Shown: positions 24,765 to 36,165, counted from the stretch's first letter. The stretch: DNA of 64,000 nt from Iphione sp. A-MEVVRFRX5 (GCA_976226885.1 OZ320316.1:72106001-72170000), one strand, 5' to 3'. Numbers and translations: made by a program. The notes: a model not told the origin generated them from the letters alone.

Positions 24765-27554
24765 TCAAAACAAGCTTAATTTATCCAATTCCTTCTTGAA
24801 CTTGGAAATTGAGCCTTCTGCTCTCAGTTCAGGTTTTAAGGAGTTCCAGGTTGATGTCCCCTGATACCAGAAACAATCCTTGGTTTTCTTTGTCTTTGGC
24901 TTATAGAGATACAGAGTTTCTCCCATGCTCCTCCTGGTTAACCTTTTTTGTTTAGTAGGCACACATAGGTTCAAATTCACAAGTTGATGTACCAAAACAA
25001 TACCCTGCTTTTTACCCCTGTGTTCCAGTCCACCCAGGTTCAAGTCTCTACGTAGGGATTTAGCAGATTTCACACTTTTTCTCTTGCACACCATCACTCT
25101 ACGCAAAGCTCTATTATACTCTATCTGCAGGTTCGTCAACATGGTTTTGCTACAATGGATGAGATGACATAATGCATAATCGAATTTAGGTGCAATAAAT
25201 GCTTTAAACAAAATGCCCCTGTCACGAAAACTTAAAAGTCCAGACACCTTTGATAAAGCATATGCTCTCTGTCTTGCTTTCTGCTGCGTGGTCCTGCATT
25301 GTGACTTCCAGGTTAGGCCATCGTCCAGTGCATAGCCCAGGAACATACCTTCATCACTTCTATTGATCATCTTCCCATTGATACATAGGTCGAGGTCCAG
25401 TTTAGGTCCTTTTCCAAAGATCATGTAGAAACACTTCTTGGAGTTTATTATTAAGCCACATGACGCACACCATTTACTTACATCAGACAATCCTCGTTGT
25501 AGTTTGAGCCTGAGAGCCATTAGATTACTTGCCTGGCGGTGCAGAGTAATGTCATCCGCGTAGATAGTACAATCAACAATTGATAAGCATTTTGGTAGGC
25601 CATTTATCACAAGGGCAAACAACAGGGGGCCTAAGTGGCTCCCCTGCGGAACACCTCGTTCTATATTCCTTTTTTCAGATGAGTGGCCATTGCAATGGAC
25701 ATATTGGCTACGGCCCTCCAAGTAAGAGGCCAACCAGCTCGCAGAACGTAGTCCTATGCCGAAATTGGGAAGACACTTTAATAGATATTGATGATTGATT
25801 AAGTCAAATGCGGATGAGAGATCAAGAAAGACCGATCCAAAATGCCTTCCATTGTTGATCGACTCATAGCATTGTCTCAAGAAAAACCCTAACGCTGTAC
25901 TTGTTCCTCGGCCCTTCCGGAAACCATGCTGTTCCGGCCTTAAGAGCCCTTCACGTTCTAGATGATCAGACAGCTTGCTATGAACATGCTTTTCCACGAG
26001 CTTACCCATACACGGTATAATTGATACCGGCCTGAAGTTTTCTTTATTATTTAAGGGGCGCTTCTTTGGTACTGGCGATACTCGTGAGCATTTCCACGCT
26101 GATAGAAAATAACAATAAGTCAGACTTATATTTATCAAAGTTAGGAAGTACTCTACGTTGATAGACAGGGTGTCTTTAAAAACCGTCATTGGTACCCCAG
26201 CCATACCAGTGGGTTTACGGTCATCCAACTGTTTTATGCTTTTCCCCAGCTCTGAAGCAGTCATGAGAGGTACCTCCCACCCATCCCTAGCTGGTTGTAT
26301 GTCCTCACAGATGATTCCCTGACTTCCCCCTGCAGCTAAGGTGTCTACCTTATTCAAGAACCAGTCATTCATTACGTTGGCAGTCTCTGATTCTGGTACC
26401 AGTATGCCTGACTCACTAAGCTTGATCTTTGGGCAGTTATTAACATTCCTAAGGACGTCCCTGTTTAGAACCCTCCAGTAATCCCTCCCTGTAGTGCAGT
26501 TTTTTAATTTAGCTCGGACATACTCTCCCTTAGCCTTCCTCACCAATTTCACTACCATCTTTCTATAAAAACATCCTATTCTGTATGAGTCTACATTACC
26601 GCTTGACCTGTACTCCCCTAGATAGTAGTCCCTATTTCTCATAGCCTCCCTAATCTCTGGGTTCATCCACTGGTGCTGCTTCCTAGAAATTCTGCTTGTT
26701 ACAGGACATAATTCATCTGACGCTGCACGCATAGCAGTCTCAATTGACTCCCAACTTTTGTCTAAGTTTTCAATATCTAAGGGGGGTAATTCTCGCATTG
26801 TGGACTCTAGTGTTTCCATAAGCGTCGATCTGCTGTAGTTCCGAAAAGATCTACATTTGTATTCATCCTTTACAAATTTCTCACGTGGTTTCTTATTCAC
26901 AACGTAGATCGGTAGGTGATCACTTGCCCCGTTATCTCTAGTTCCTACATCGCCAATGTAGTCTATGTTCGTGAAAATTAAATCAATACATGAGTGTGAG
27001 GTTCGATGTATCAGAGTTGGAACCTTGATTAATTGAATTAGTTTCATAGAGCTCATGGCGTTGTCCAATCTACTTCGATTCGATGATTCCGCTAACCAAT
27101 TAACATTGAAATCACCAAGGACGGCGATATCTGCTCGCTTGGGTATTTCTTTTATGACATTTGTGAAGTAATCACACACTGCATCAATTTTTACTGGTGG
27201 TGGACAATAACAGGCACAAACGTATAGTGGTTTTCGTTTCCAACAATTGATTTGTACCCATACAGCTTCTATACATTCATTCATAATGTCTAATGAAGTT
27301 TTCTCAACACAGTCACAATTGTCCCTCACATACATACACAGGCCCCCACCCTTACTTTTTTGCCCCAAGACTCTGTCACGCCTGACCAAGGTGTAAGGGG
27401 TAATAGTCACACTCGCATCAGATATACTTGGAGTCAACCACGATTCTACGATACACATCAATAATGGTTTGTTGTTGTTCAGATAATTTTCAACTTCATG
27501 CAAACGGGGCTGCAAACTTCTTACGTTCCAACTGACAAGCTCTCGACCCTTCAT
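24765..27554 (-). CDS. LINE ORF2p: APE endonuclease + reverse transcriptase (929 aa)
   Basis: EN motifs WNVRSL, IVESWL, GDFNVNW, CIDLIF, SDHLPI; RT motifs NFRPVSI, QHGFRKG, FLDLSSAFD, GVPQGSHLGP, YADD. No stops. Confidence 0.97.
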   Translation of the reverse strand: MKGRELVSWNVRSLQPRLHEVENYLNNNKPLLMCIVESWLTPSISDASVTITPYTLVRRDRVLGQKSKGGGLCMYVRDNCDCVEKTSLDIMNECIEAVWVQINCWKRKPLYVCACYCPPPVKIDAVCDYFTNVIKEIPKRADIAVLGDFNVNWLAESSNRSRLDNAMSSMKLIQLIKVPTLIHRTSHSCIDLIFTNIDYIGDVGTRDNGASDHLPIYVVNKKPREKFVKDEYKCRSFRNYSRSTLMETLESTMRELPPLDIENLDKSWESIETAMRAASDELCPVTSRISRKQHQWMNPEIREAMRNRDYYLGEYRSSGNVDSYRIGCFYRKMVVKLVRKAKGEYVRAKLKNCTTGRDYWRVLNRDVLRNVNNCPKIKLSESGILVPESETANVMNDWFLNKVDTLAAGGSQGIICEDIQPARDGWEVPLMTASELGKSIKQLDDRKPTGMAGVPMTVFKDTLSINVEYFLTLINISLTYCYFLSAWKCSRVSPVPKKRPLNNKENFRPVSIIPCMGKLVEKHVHSKLSDHLEREGLLRPEQHGFRKGRGTSTALGFFLRQCYESINNGRHFGSVFLDLSSAFDLINHQYLLKCLPNFGIGLRSASWLASYLEGRSQYVHCNGHSSEKRNIERGVPQGSHLGPLLFALVINGLPKCLSIVDCTIYADDITLHRQASNLMALRLKLQRGLSDVSKWCASCGLIINSKKCFYMIFGKGPKLDLDLCINGKMINRSDEGMFLGYALDDGLTWKSQCRTTQQKARQRAYALSKVSGLLSFRDRGILFKAFIAPKFDYALCHLIHCSKTMLTNLQIEYNRALRRVMVCKRKSVKSAKSLRRDLNLGGLEHRGKKQGIVLVHQLVNLNLCVPTKQKRLTRRSMGETLYLYKPKTKKTKDCFWYQGTSTWNSLKPELRAEGSISKFKKELDKLSLF

Positions 27555-27638
27555 CTTTAAGATATCCTTACGTTAAGCCAAGTAAAGACGCCGCAGAATA
27601 TTTGCACATCTAAGATTGTACCGTTCGCAGGTAATAGT

Positions 27639-28238
27639 CTAGATCAGCCGCAGGACATAATCACCCACATCGCAGGCCCAATTATAGCATACATGGTGAT
27701 TTGCCCTCCCTGTGCTGTCGACCTCCTCTGAGCGAAATGTTATAACCGAGTCCGTACAGTCATTCACAGGCCAGGCCGTTACTGGAGTTTCATGTCCTGA
27801 TAATAGGTTTACTTCCTCTACAGCCAGGTTGAAGTGGCACACTTCAGCATTGAGAAGTGATTGCTCCAGTTGTTGCTCAGCCGGTAGTTGTATCCCATGG
27901 ATGGGAAGGAATAGTACCGCCTGCCCCATCATGTTGGTGAAGTGGTTTGAGATTGACATCAGTTGTGTTGGAATATTGATGTCCACATCAGCATCGTTAG
28001 CATCACGGAGCATCCATCGTCCTCCATGATTTCTTACAAATGTGTGTAGCCCCAGCCTGACGATAGTCAGGCAAGAAGGGACTGGTGGCAATGACGCGAC
28101 GTTGTTGGCTAAGTCCTGTATACCAACACCTGGGTACACATGCGTCGATATGTGGAACCGCTCATAGTAACGCTCCTGAACGTAGTATCCTATCTCGATG
28201 CCTGTCTCATCAGTTATGTAGCGGACCAAGTGATTCAT
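27639..28238 (-). CDS. Middle ORF of element A: degenerate SGNH-hydrolase-like protein (199 aa)
   Basis: ATG start. Aligns by eye to the element B middle ORF (VYPGVGIQDL vs VYPGATIDSI; FNLAVEEVN..HETP vs VNQRIVAIN..VPTP), but the Ser, Asn and DGxH catalytic blocks are not recognisable. Confidence 0.6.
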   Translation of the reverse strand: MNHLVRYITDETGIEIGYYVQERYYERFHISTHVYPGVGIQDLANNVASLPPVPSCLTIVRLGLHTFVRNHGGRWMLRDANDADVDINIPTQLMSISNHFTNMMGQAVLFLPIHGIQLPAEQQLEQSLLNAEVCHFNLAVEEVNLLSGHETPVTAWPVNDCTDSVITFRSEEVDSTGRANHHVCYNWACDVGDYVLRLI

Positions 28239-28295
28239 CTCTGCAAGTAATTCATTTTGTTTTTAACGATTATATAACAGAAGCAAAACAGTCAG

Positions 28296-29834
28296 TTACT
28301 GCGGTTCGTTAGAAATCAGGCCTTTACTACGGAACTCCTCACGTATTGCCATTAGTGCTCTGCCTACAAGGTTCCCACCCCTATGTTCGCGACCCACCTC
28401 ACAAGAGTTCCATAGATTATGACCAGAGCCTAATTCAAGGTCATAGGTTGCTTCAGTCAGATACAGGTCACAAGTTCTCATTAAGTGATCACTGATCAGT
28501 GAGTTGCGCATAAACTTACTTCGATAGATGTCAGCCAGGACAGACAGTCTGTTGTTATCCCAGTTCGGGCTTGTATGTAGTCGATTCCCGATCGATCTGA
28601 TTGTCACCGGATCACATGTGTTCAGTATTCTTTCTGCGACCTCACAGTTATTGGTGGACACCGCTTTGGTATGTTGGAACGCCTGTTCCGCTGACGAGTA
28701 TTCCCTACCCTTGTATTCAACTTCACACCGGTATAGGTTAGAGAGTGGTACGTGAACACCACGAAACGCCAGTGTATCGTCAGAATGATATGTGTTTGAC
28801 TCCACCAGCGTCAGCTCTGGCGGTAGCTCTTCAAGCCTATTGTGTTCATACGCTACCCCGTCTATTGTGAGGCTAATCCCCGTGACACTCGCCCTATGAC
28901 CCAACTCCCGAGCATGCCAGGCAATCGAGTGTAAATCACGGTGAATTGATTGCAAGTTCTTTGGTATGTCTTCATTAATGTAGACGTTCCGGCAGTCTCG
29001 GTGTTTGAATAGTCTGAAACTTCCTTTGTACGCCTGATCTCTTGCCCACTTGCGTTTGAAAACAACCAATATGTTCCTTTCGCGTCCCTCTTTGTAGGCA
29101 CCTAGCCTTTTAGCATCCAATATTTCGTCCCGGTCAAGAATTTCATCTATCACTCCTAGAATGTCCGTTACTTTCTTGACTGTATCTTCATCCTCATTGT
29201 CGTCTGCCCCTTGAACTATTAAATTCCGTTCCCGCTCCCTCAGCAAGGTGTTATAATCCTCATCTGTTTCACTCTCTTGTACTTCTTCCCATCCACTTAG
29301 AGTATTCTGCACTTCTATCATACGTTTTTCCAAGTTGTCAATTTTTGTGTCTAGGATACCTGATCCGTCAACCTGGTTCACTGCTTCTGTGACAACTGGC
29401 TCAGGAGTTTTTCTTTCCAGAGAATTCAGCTTACCTTCAAGGGCTTGTATTTTGTCCGTTAATTTTTTGAAACATATTTCCAAGTCCTTTGAGCAACTGC
29501 ATACCGCGTTCCCTTTATTATCCAATTTGCTCGATAATTCGGTTATGCTGCTTTGTTGAGTTTTCAGGATCTCAATGATTTCCGATATGCTCCCATTCAA
29601 TTGTGTCAGTTGTTTGTCCACGTCATCGTTTGCTAAGCTCTGGCCGTCGTCTTCCACCGGCTTATCCCACGTACGATCACCGTTGGGAGTGGACGGTAAT
29701 AGGTCGCCTTGACCGTTCTCCAACCGTTGAGAGTGACTCGACCTCGTTACAGGTGCATTTGAACCTCCTTGTACTCCATTTCCAGGTGGTTTGTCTTTCT
29801 CTTTGCCTTTTTTCGGTTTTGTCCAGTTTGTCAT
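28296..29834 (-). CDS. LINE ORF1p: coiled coil + L1-type RRM/CTD + C-terminal NADAR (YbiA-like) domain (512 aa from first ATG)
   Basis: First ATG is at 29834 (the track start at 29900 is TTG). Heptad region; RERNLIVQG..AKRLG..NILVVF..VYINEDIP..LTIDG; NADAR motifs AF..PLSNLY, SAEQAFQHTKA, W...RL..SKF, LTEATYDLELGSG, GGNLVGRALMAIR at about 28778-28329. Confidence 0.9.
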   Translation of the reverse strand: MTNWTKPKKGKEKDKPPGNGVQGGSNAPVTRSSHSQRLENGQGDLLPSTPNGDRTWDKPVEDDGQSLANDDVDKQLTQLNGSISEIIEILKTQQSSITELSSKLDNKGNAVCSCSKDLEICFKKLTDKIQALEGKLNSLERKTPEPVVTEAVNQVDGSGILDTKIDNLEKRMIEVQNTLSGWEEVQESETDEDYNTLLRERERNLIVQGADDNEDEDTVKKVTDILGVIDEILDRDEILDAKRLGAYKEGRERNILVVFKRKWARDQAYKGSFRLFKHRDCRNVYINEDIPKNLQSIHRDLHSIAWHARELGHRASVTGISLTIDGVAYEHNRLEELPPELTLVESNTYHSDDTLAFRGVHVPLSNLYRCEVEYKGREYSSAEQAFQHTKAVSTNNCEVAERILNTCDPVTIRSIGNRLHTSPNWDNNRLSVLADIYRSKFMRNSLISDHLMRTCDLYLTEATYDLELGSGHNLWNSCEVGREHRGGNLVGRALMAIREEFRSKGLISNEPQ

Positions 29835-30779
29835 TGTTCCTTTACTGGTTTTTTCCTTTTCAGTGTTGTTTGGAACTGTTTTTGCACTATTTGATAGCAA
29901 TTCTTACGGAGCGACCCTTTTTTCACGTCCGACACGTCTTTAAGGGGGGAAATTTTATTTTATGTCGAGTATATCCTCCTCAGTTCCCATTGTAAAGGTT
30001 GTGAATCCCTTTTGAAGAGGACTAGTGAGAACCCATCGTCCTCTATTGTTGTAGATGATTGGAGACCAAGTAAAGAGAAAACAATCTAAGTTTAATTTGA
30101 CTTTCTGCCTCAGCATGGCATTAGGCCAGGAGGCAGGGTTCTTGTCAGGACCAATGGTACTTATAATTGGAGAGAACATTCAAGTATGGAGGTGGAATAG
30201 CAGGTTCCTGAAAAAGGGCTATAAAGCAAAAATGGATACACATCCAAAAATGACGTCCTTCTCCAGTAGTCTCTGAAGAAGGCAAGAATATCTGTCCGAC
30301 ACTGTTAACTGCCTCCTTCCAAATGAAGGTGACAAGGATCACACCCTCGCAGTAGCATGGGCCAAGCCTCATCTCTGGGATCCTGAAATCACAGGGGAAC
30401 ACGCATGGTGCTTTGAATCATTGAGTACACAAAGATGTGAATATATACCCCCATTCCTGCATCTGGAAGAAAGACCTGTATATCTCCACAGTCACTTTCC
30501 CTAATAACAGATAATTACACCAGTGAAAATTTGTGTCAAATATTTGCCAAATTTCTCCAAAAAGTATTGTACCAGAATGATGTCACATGATATGAGACTG
30601 TGTCATATTACTCTGTCTCTTCATGTCCCTTGAGCGAGATGGAACATATTTGCAACATGTCTAATTTCCCTTTCCACTGCATTAAATCTTCATCAGCACA
30701 AGATAAATTCTCATGGATGACAAGAGAAAATCTGAAGAGGGTCTGCCTCTGGTGTGAGGAAGTACACAAGTAAAGCTTA

Positions 30780-31720
30780 CCTCCTTGATGGCCATATTCC
30801 ATTTGTGTATCCCTGCACTGATATTTTACAGATAAAGGAGCTCCGTATTATCTTTGTTGTGAATCCAAACAAATGAAGGGATGAAACAATTCCTGACAGA
30901 GACGATCATGACTGAAGCTAAAACCCTTGTGGGCAGTTGGAGGGCTAGGACTGGAAAAACCTTAATTCATTTGAAAAAGGCAGAAGCTAGCTTCTGTTAG
31001 AGAAAAAACTCTTTCAGGACCCTCAGGGCTGCAGCAGACCTCAACATGTGCTCTTGCTGCGCCGCAGCAAGAAGAGATCACTTATGATGAAGAAACCTCA
31101 CCTCAGGAAGAAACTCCACCTAAACCCATAAAGAAAACAAGGACACCAGAGGAATCTGCCACAACCAAAGAGTCTTTAGGTGTCAATATTAGTGACTTAA
31201 GATTTAAGCATTACACAAATGATGGTGTATGACGAGAAACCAGTGGATTTATTTATCCTCAGTGGTGACGTTGCAAGAGAAGCGGTTGGAGAAGGTACAA
31301 CTCAGGAAAGACCAACTAATGTGAAGTTTACCCTTGGGATGGCCATTATTGATGTGTGCATCCTTCCATTGACATTTTACAGATAAAGGAGTTCCATATC
31401 CTAAAAGAGATGATCATTAATTGAGGCTTAATACTTTGTGTGGAAAAGAGACCTCACCTCAGGAAGAAACTCCACCAAAACCCATAAAGAACAGAAGGCC
31501 ACCATAGGAATCCACCACAACCAAAGAGTCTTTAGTAATGTGAATATTCCTATGGGCACACCTTCACTGGAATGAATTATTGCACAAATAATTTTGTTTC
31601 ATGAGATGCCACCGGATTTAACTGTCCTCAGTGCTGTAAGAGAAGCAGTTGTCTCCTCTCCTCTAGTGATGGCAGTAGAATGTGTGGAAGAAGGTAAAAC
31701 TCAGGAAAGACCAATTCATG
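30780..31720 (+). repeat. Degenerate duplication of about 350-400 bp modules
   Basis: ACCTCACCTCAGGAAGAAACTCCACC..ACAACCAAAGAGTCTTTAG at about 31096 and 31450; GATGGCCAT..TTTTACAGATAAAGGAG at about 30790 and 31340; AACTCAGGAAAGACCAA at about 31300 and 31698. Confidence 0.75.
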
Positions 31721-32288
31721 CCCCTCTGATGACGAGTGGGCTTGCAGAGGAAGCACAAGCTCAAAAGGTGCCATCTCAAGCATCAGAAACACCTATATAT
31801 CTCCTGGTTGAAGATACTGCTCCGAACAAGGAGAACTAGCTCCAGAAGTGGGCTTTTCTGCCTTTCCCTGTTAGAACAAATGAAAACGTGCCTCCTATAC
31901 CTCTTGATGTGTCGACTGCTGCTATAGCTGATAGATCAGTAAATTCAGGGACTGCTTAGAGAGATCCGGTAAGTGTTGATACAGGTTACCTGGAAACCCA
32001 CCGTGGGGCAAGAGTGGCTGCCCCATTTTTTTTTTTTATATTCAAAACGTTTATTTCGAGACTTATACATGTAAATGTACATTCCAGTCCGAAGTGAAAT
32101 GATGAAACAATAATGAAAATAATTAAAACAAATCATCACAAGGTTAGGTGATAGGGTTAGCCATAACAGTAAACAGAAAAAGTTCAGTCTATAAATCGTA
32201 CGCACAACACAATTTCCACCAGTTCGAGCAAAGACAGCATTTCAACAAATCAAATCAACTATGTCACCTCAGCACACCGCCCCCCCCT

Positions 32289-35102
32289 TTATACATCTCT
32301 TTCCATTACTGCACGTGTAACCATATGCGATCTTCTTCGCAACTTTAAATAACTTCTGAATTGCTTCAGATTCAAAAGAGTTTTCTCCCTGGGTAACCTT
32401 GCCCATAGTAGACATGAATGATAACAGGTGGACCACCTGTATTTCTCCCTTCTGGGCCTATGCGGGATTACTCTAATCCTATCATTCTGTCTCAAAAAAG
32501 TACCGGATGACATCCTAAGTGTACCTGCAGGAGTCATATGTGACGACACCTCTTCAAACATAATTCTCAGTAGGGTAGTGTCCCGAATTTCCTCAAACTC
32601 TCTCTTCACAGATTCTCTGGAAACATCTTCTCTGGGTGTAAAAAGGCTGTATAGACGCCTACGCAGGGTCACAAACTTCTCAAATATTCTACCATTTGTC
32701 TTAACAAGAAGACACGAACCATAATTAATCACAGGGAAAGCAAGGGTCAATACCAGCCTTGAAAGTATCTGTCTATTTACCAAGGGACGAATCCTATTAA
32801 GCGTTCTATATTTATCATAGCCTTTACGAAGTAGCGCATTCAAAAACGGGGTCCAGGTTAGTTGGTCGTCAATAATCACTCCCAAATACTTATATGTATG
32901 GACTCCTTGAATAATTATCCCTTTACCAAGATTAAGTTCCACATCCCTGACTATGTTACTGTAGCTGGGGCACAAGAATTTAGTTTTATCAAAATTTATC
33001 TTGATCCTATTAACTTCAGACCAATTTATAACCTGTATAAGCGCTTCGCGCATTTTTCCCATGCAAGTTGTCCTATCACAATCAGTCGCTACCAGAGCTA
33101 CATCATCCGCATACAAAAAGCTCTCCACACCTTTTACATATTCAGGTAAATCATTAACAAATATCAGAAATAATGTAGGCCCCAAAACAGAGCCTTGCGG
33201 GACCCCTGTATATACTGTAGCATAATCTGAAAATACCTCCCGATATCTAGTTCTTTGACGACGACCTCTTAAATAGGCCCTCACCCATGGGCATATGGCT
33301 CTTAACCCAATTCCACTTAGTTTCTTTAATAAAATGCCATGATCGACAGAATCAAATGCCTTTGCAAAATCAATGAAGGATACACAGACAAACCTACCAG
33401 TGTTTAAGTTATTATGAACTAAGTCCAGCAGTCGAGTTATTGCTTTATCGGTACCAAATCCTTTCCTAAAACCATACTGGCAGTTGGTGAATTTCTTGTT
33501 CGCCTCCATGTATTGATGCACCCTAGAGTTAACCATTTTTTCAATTATCTTCACCCCAACTGATAAGAGGCTAATGGGCCTAAAATTTTTGATTTCAGAA
33601 ACTGACTTCCCTTTATGAATAGGTACTATTATCGCATCCTTCCATTGTTGCGGTAATTCACCCAGGCGGATACTTTTATTATAATACTCCAATAATTCAA
33701 GTGAGAAATCCAAGAAAATGTTTTTAATTAGTTTTGTCGGATACTCTAATATATTAGACGCTTTATTGGGGAGATCTAATATAGCATCCATCCATTCCTC
33801 AACACTAAATTCCGGACAACCCATGTGCATAGTACTGTGCGTTGCTATGTGATATACATACGGAGTACTAGAGTTCATGGGGATCAGCTCTCGGACTATT
33901 CTTACATAATATTCATTAATGAATTTTGCACATTCCTCGTCACCCATTACATTACCTTGATTATCTAATAGAGAAGGATCAACAGATTTAGCTCTTAGAC
34001 CCAGCTCTCTATTTAAATGGGCCCAGAAACGATTGGGAGAGGTCATATCTGCATCAGCCTTATTTACTATGTAATTGCGTCTAGCAGCACGAACTTCCTT
34101 TCTAACTCGCTGTCTCGCCAGATTTCTGATCAATCTGTCATATAAATCACCAGTTTCATTGTATCTTCTCGTTGCACGATCTCTATCCTTGATATATTCA
34201 TGGAGCTTCCCTGTAAACCAAATTGGGGTATTAGCAGATAACTTCCTAGATTTAGTGGGGGCTAAGTCAGTCCTAATCTGTTCCAACTTCGATTCAAACA
34301 TATCCCAGCCAGATTGTATGGAGGATCTATTGAACATATCCCAGTCAAACTCGTTAAGAATATTCCTAACATCCACGACCTTAACAGCAGCCCAGTTTCT
34401 ATAGGATACTTTTAATTTCATTTCAGGGCCGTGATGCTGAATAGTACAACTAATTATGTAATGATCACTTATAGAACAGTCAATCACGGTACAGTCAATC
34501 TTAGGCAAAGGTATATTAGAAAAAGCCAAGTCAATAGTTGTCATAGAACTTCTGGTTACTCTCGTATATTGCTTCACAAGCTGAATGCAAAAGATATTAT
34601 CTATCACTTCCAATAAATCTTCCTTTTGCTTAGAGTCTACCGCCCAATTTACATTTATATCCCCCATTATTAAAAGCTGAATGTCCCCATGGATTTCACG
34701 AATTTTATTAACATCTGCAGTGATAGTTTCCAACAAAACTTGTAATTTACTATTTGGGGGGCGATAAACCATGCCAACATATATCGATTTATTTTTGACA
34801 CAGTCAATTCTCATCCACGCCATCTCAAGATCATTTGAAGTTGATATCATATTATCGATAGAGCTTATATTATTCCTCAAATACGTCTTAAAATAAACAA
34901 GTAACCCACCACCACACTTACCAGTTCGATCATACCGAAAGAAATTATAGCCACATATTTGCAGTAAACCATCGGAGTAAGTATCAGTCAACCAAGTTTC
35001 TCCAACTATGAGACAATCGGGAGAATGGGTTCTGAGCAAAATTCTGATCTCATCCATTTTGCTATATAGTGCACGAACATTCAAATAAAAGATCTTAATC
35101 AT
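32289..35102 (-). CDS. LINE ORF2p: APE endonuclease + reverse transcriptase (937 aa)
   Basis: ATG start. EN motifs LNVRAL, VGETWL, YRPPN, GDINVNW, TIDLAF, SDHYII; RT motifs NFRPISLL, QYGFRKG, FIDFAKAFDSV, GVPQGSVLGP, YADD, YKYLGV. No stops. Confidence 0.97.
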   Translation of the reverse strand: MIKIFYLNVRALYSKMDEIRILLRTHSPDCLIVGETWLTDTYSDGLLQICGYNFFRYDRTGKCGGGLLVYFKTYLRNNISSIDNMISTSNDLEMAWMRIDCVKNKSIYVGMVYRPPNSKLQVLLETITADVNKIREIHGDIQLLIMGDINVNWAVDSKQKEDLLEVIDNIFCIQLVKQYTRVTRSSMTTIDLAFSNIPLPKIDCTVIDCSISDHYIISCTIQHHGPEMKLKVSYRNWAAVKVVDVRNILNEFDWDMFNRSSIQSGWDMFESKLEQIRTDLAPTKSRKLSANTPIWFTGKLHEYIKDRDRATRRYNETGDLYDRLIRNLARQRVRKEVRAARRNYIVNKADADMTSPNRFWAHLNRELGLRAKSVDPSLLDNQGNVMGDEECAKFINEYYVRIVRELIPMNSSTPYVYHIATHSTMHMGCPEFSVEEWMDAILDLPNKASNILEYPTKLIKNIFLDFSLELLEYYNKSIRLGELPQQWKDAIIVPIHKGKSVSEIKNFRPISLLSVGVKIIEKMVNSRVHQYMEANKKFTNCQYGFRKGFGTDKAITRLLDLVHNNLNTGRFVCVSFIDFAKAFDSVDHGILLKKLSGIGLRAICPWVRAYLRGRRQRTRYREVFSDYATVYTGVPQGSVLGPTLFLIFVNDLPEYVKGVESFLYADDVALVATDCDRTTCMGKMREALIQVINWSEVNRIKINFDKTKFLCPSYSNIVRDVELNLGKGIIIQGVHTYKYLGVIIDDQLTWTPFLNALLRKGYDKYRTLNRIRPLVNRQILSRLVLTLAFPVINYGSCLLVKTNGRIFEKFVTLRRRLYSLFTPREDVSRESVKREFEEIRDTTLLRIMFEEVSSHMTPAGTLRMSSGTFLRQNDRIRVIPHRPRREKYRWSTCYHSCLLWARLPREKTLLNLKQFRSYLKLRRRSHMVTRAVMERDV

Positions 35103-35540
35103 TTGTATGCAACTCTACAGACAAAGGTTATCATACAATTATTAATCCCTAACCACCGAACAACACAATCACTTAAATTAATGAAATAATAATGAGTCAT
35201 ACGGTACACTGTAGTAAGAGAAACTCTAGTATACAGCATACTGTATGTAGTGGCATGGCACTGAACGGCAGGACACAGATCGTCCAGTGTTTGGCGGACC
35301 CACATTAAAGTCAGATATGTACAAGTAAGTAAATAATACTCACATAACCACTACGAAATCGACACATTAATCCGTTATTCAAGGCACCTTCCAGTAGTAT
35401 CCGCAGTATGTAGACAACCACAATGGCTCCATCTGTGATACAACTCAGTTACAGAGTATGAACAACAGGTCAACCAAATTGTCAAATTACACCATACAAC
35501 AACGGCGACAGGATAATTTTGGTGGTATAAGAAGCAACAA

Positions 35541-35946
35541 CCACCTTAGCACTCAAAATCAAAATGTAATACATATATATAACTTAACGAGAATATTATA
35601 GTAATTACCAACTAAGACAACTACCTTACTACTCAAAATCAACAAGTAATACCATATATAGAGCTTAACGAGAAAATTAAATTAATTACCAGTGTTCTTT
35701 CATTAATTACAACATATTAATAATAATTTAATGAGACTTCCAGACAGGGCCGACAGCCCATCTAGTTATCCACATTTTCATAAATTATTACAAGAAGTAA
35801 TCAAAAGCCTCAATTTAATTACGCTACAACATTTGCAAGAATAATACCCCTAATAGTGAGCAAATGAGACTTCCAGACAGGGCCGACAGCCCATCTGGTT
35901 ATCCACATATACATACCAAATCCTAGGTATTATGGGCCGACAGCCC
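35541..35946. repeat. Duplicated segments in the inter-ORF spacer of element B
   Basis: A 46-bp unit at 35730-35775 and 35863-35908 (one mismatch), a third partial copy at 35934-35946, and an imperfect pair of about 70 bp near 35541 and 35622. Confidence 0.9.
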
Positions 35947-36165
35947 CTGTATATTTGCAATATATTCACTTGCGCAGCAGAATTTATATGAATTATCAAA
36001 GAACAGCCATACAGATAGGTGCAGATTCAGCTTATGCTATCAGGACAAACTGCTCCAGGGCCAGTTATCGCATGTTCCATCAACATCAGAAGACCATATC
36101 CCACGTCATCCATGGTAAGTCAGATCGGTGGATCTTAATACCATAGGGAACCATCCCCTGCTTCA

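Larger units (their letters stand above)
24563..29990 (-). mobile_element. Non-LTR retrotransposon element A (CR1/L2-group-like), three uninterrupted ORFs
   Basis: ORF1 (RRM+NADAR), middle ORF and EN-RT ORF lie in tandem with 57 and 84 nt gaps. The 3' UTR has AATAAA followed by an (ATCT)4 tail at about 24564-24580. The 5' boundary is uncertain. Confidence 0.9.

Noticed and set aside
30277-30510. HTLAVAWAKPH..AWCFE resembling the C-terminus of EnSpm-type transposases
   Set aside because: A single short motif with no supporting catalytic region; cannot be supported by eye.
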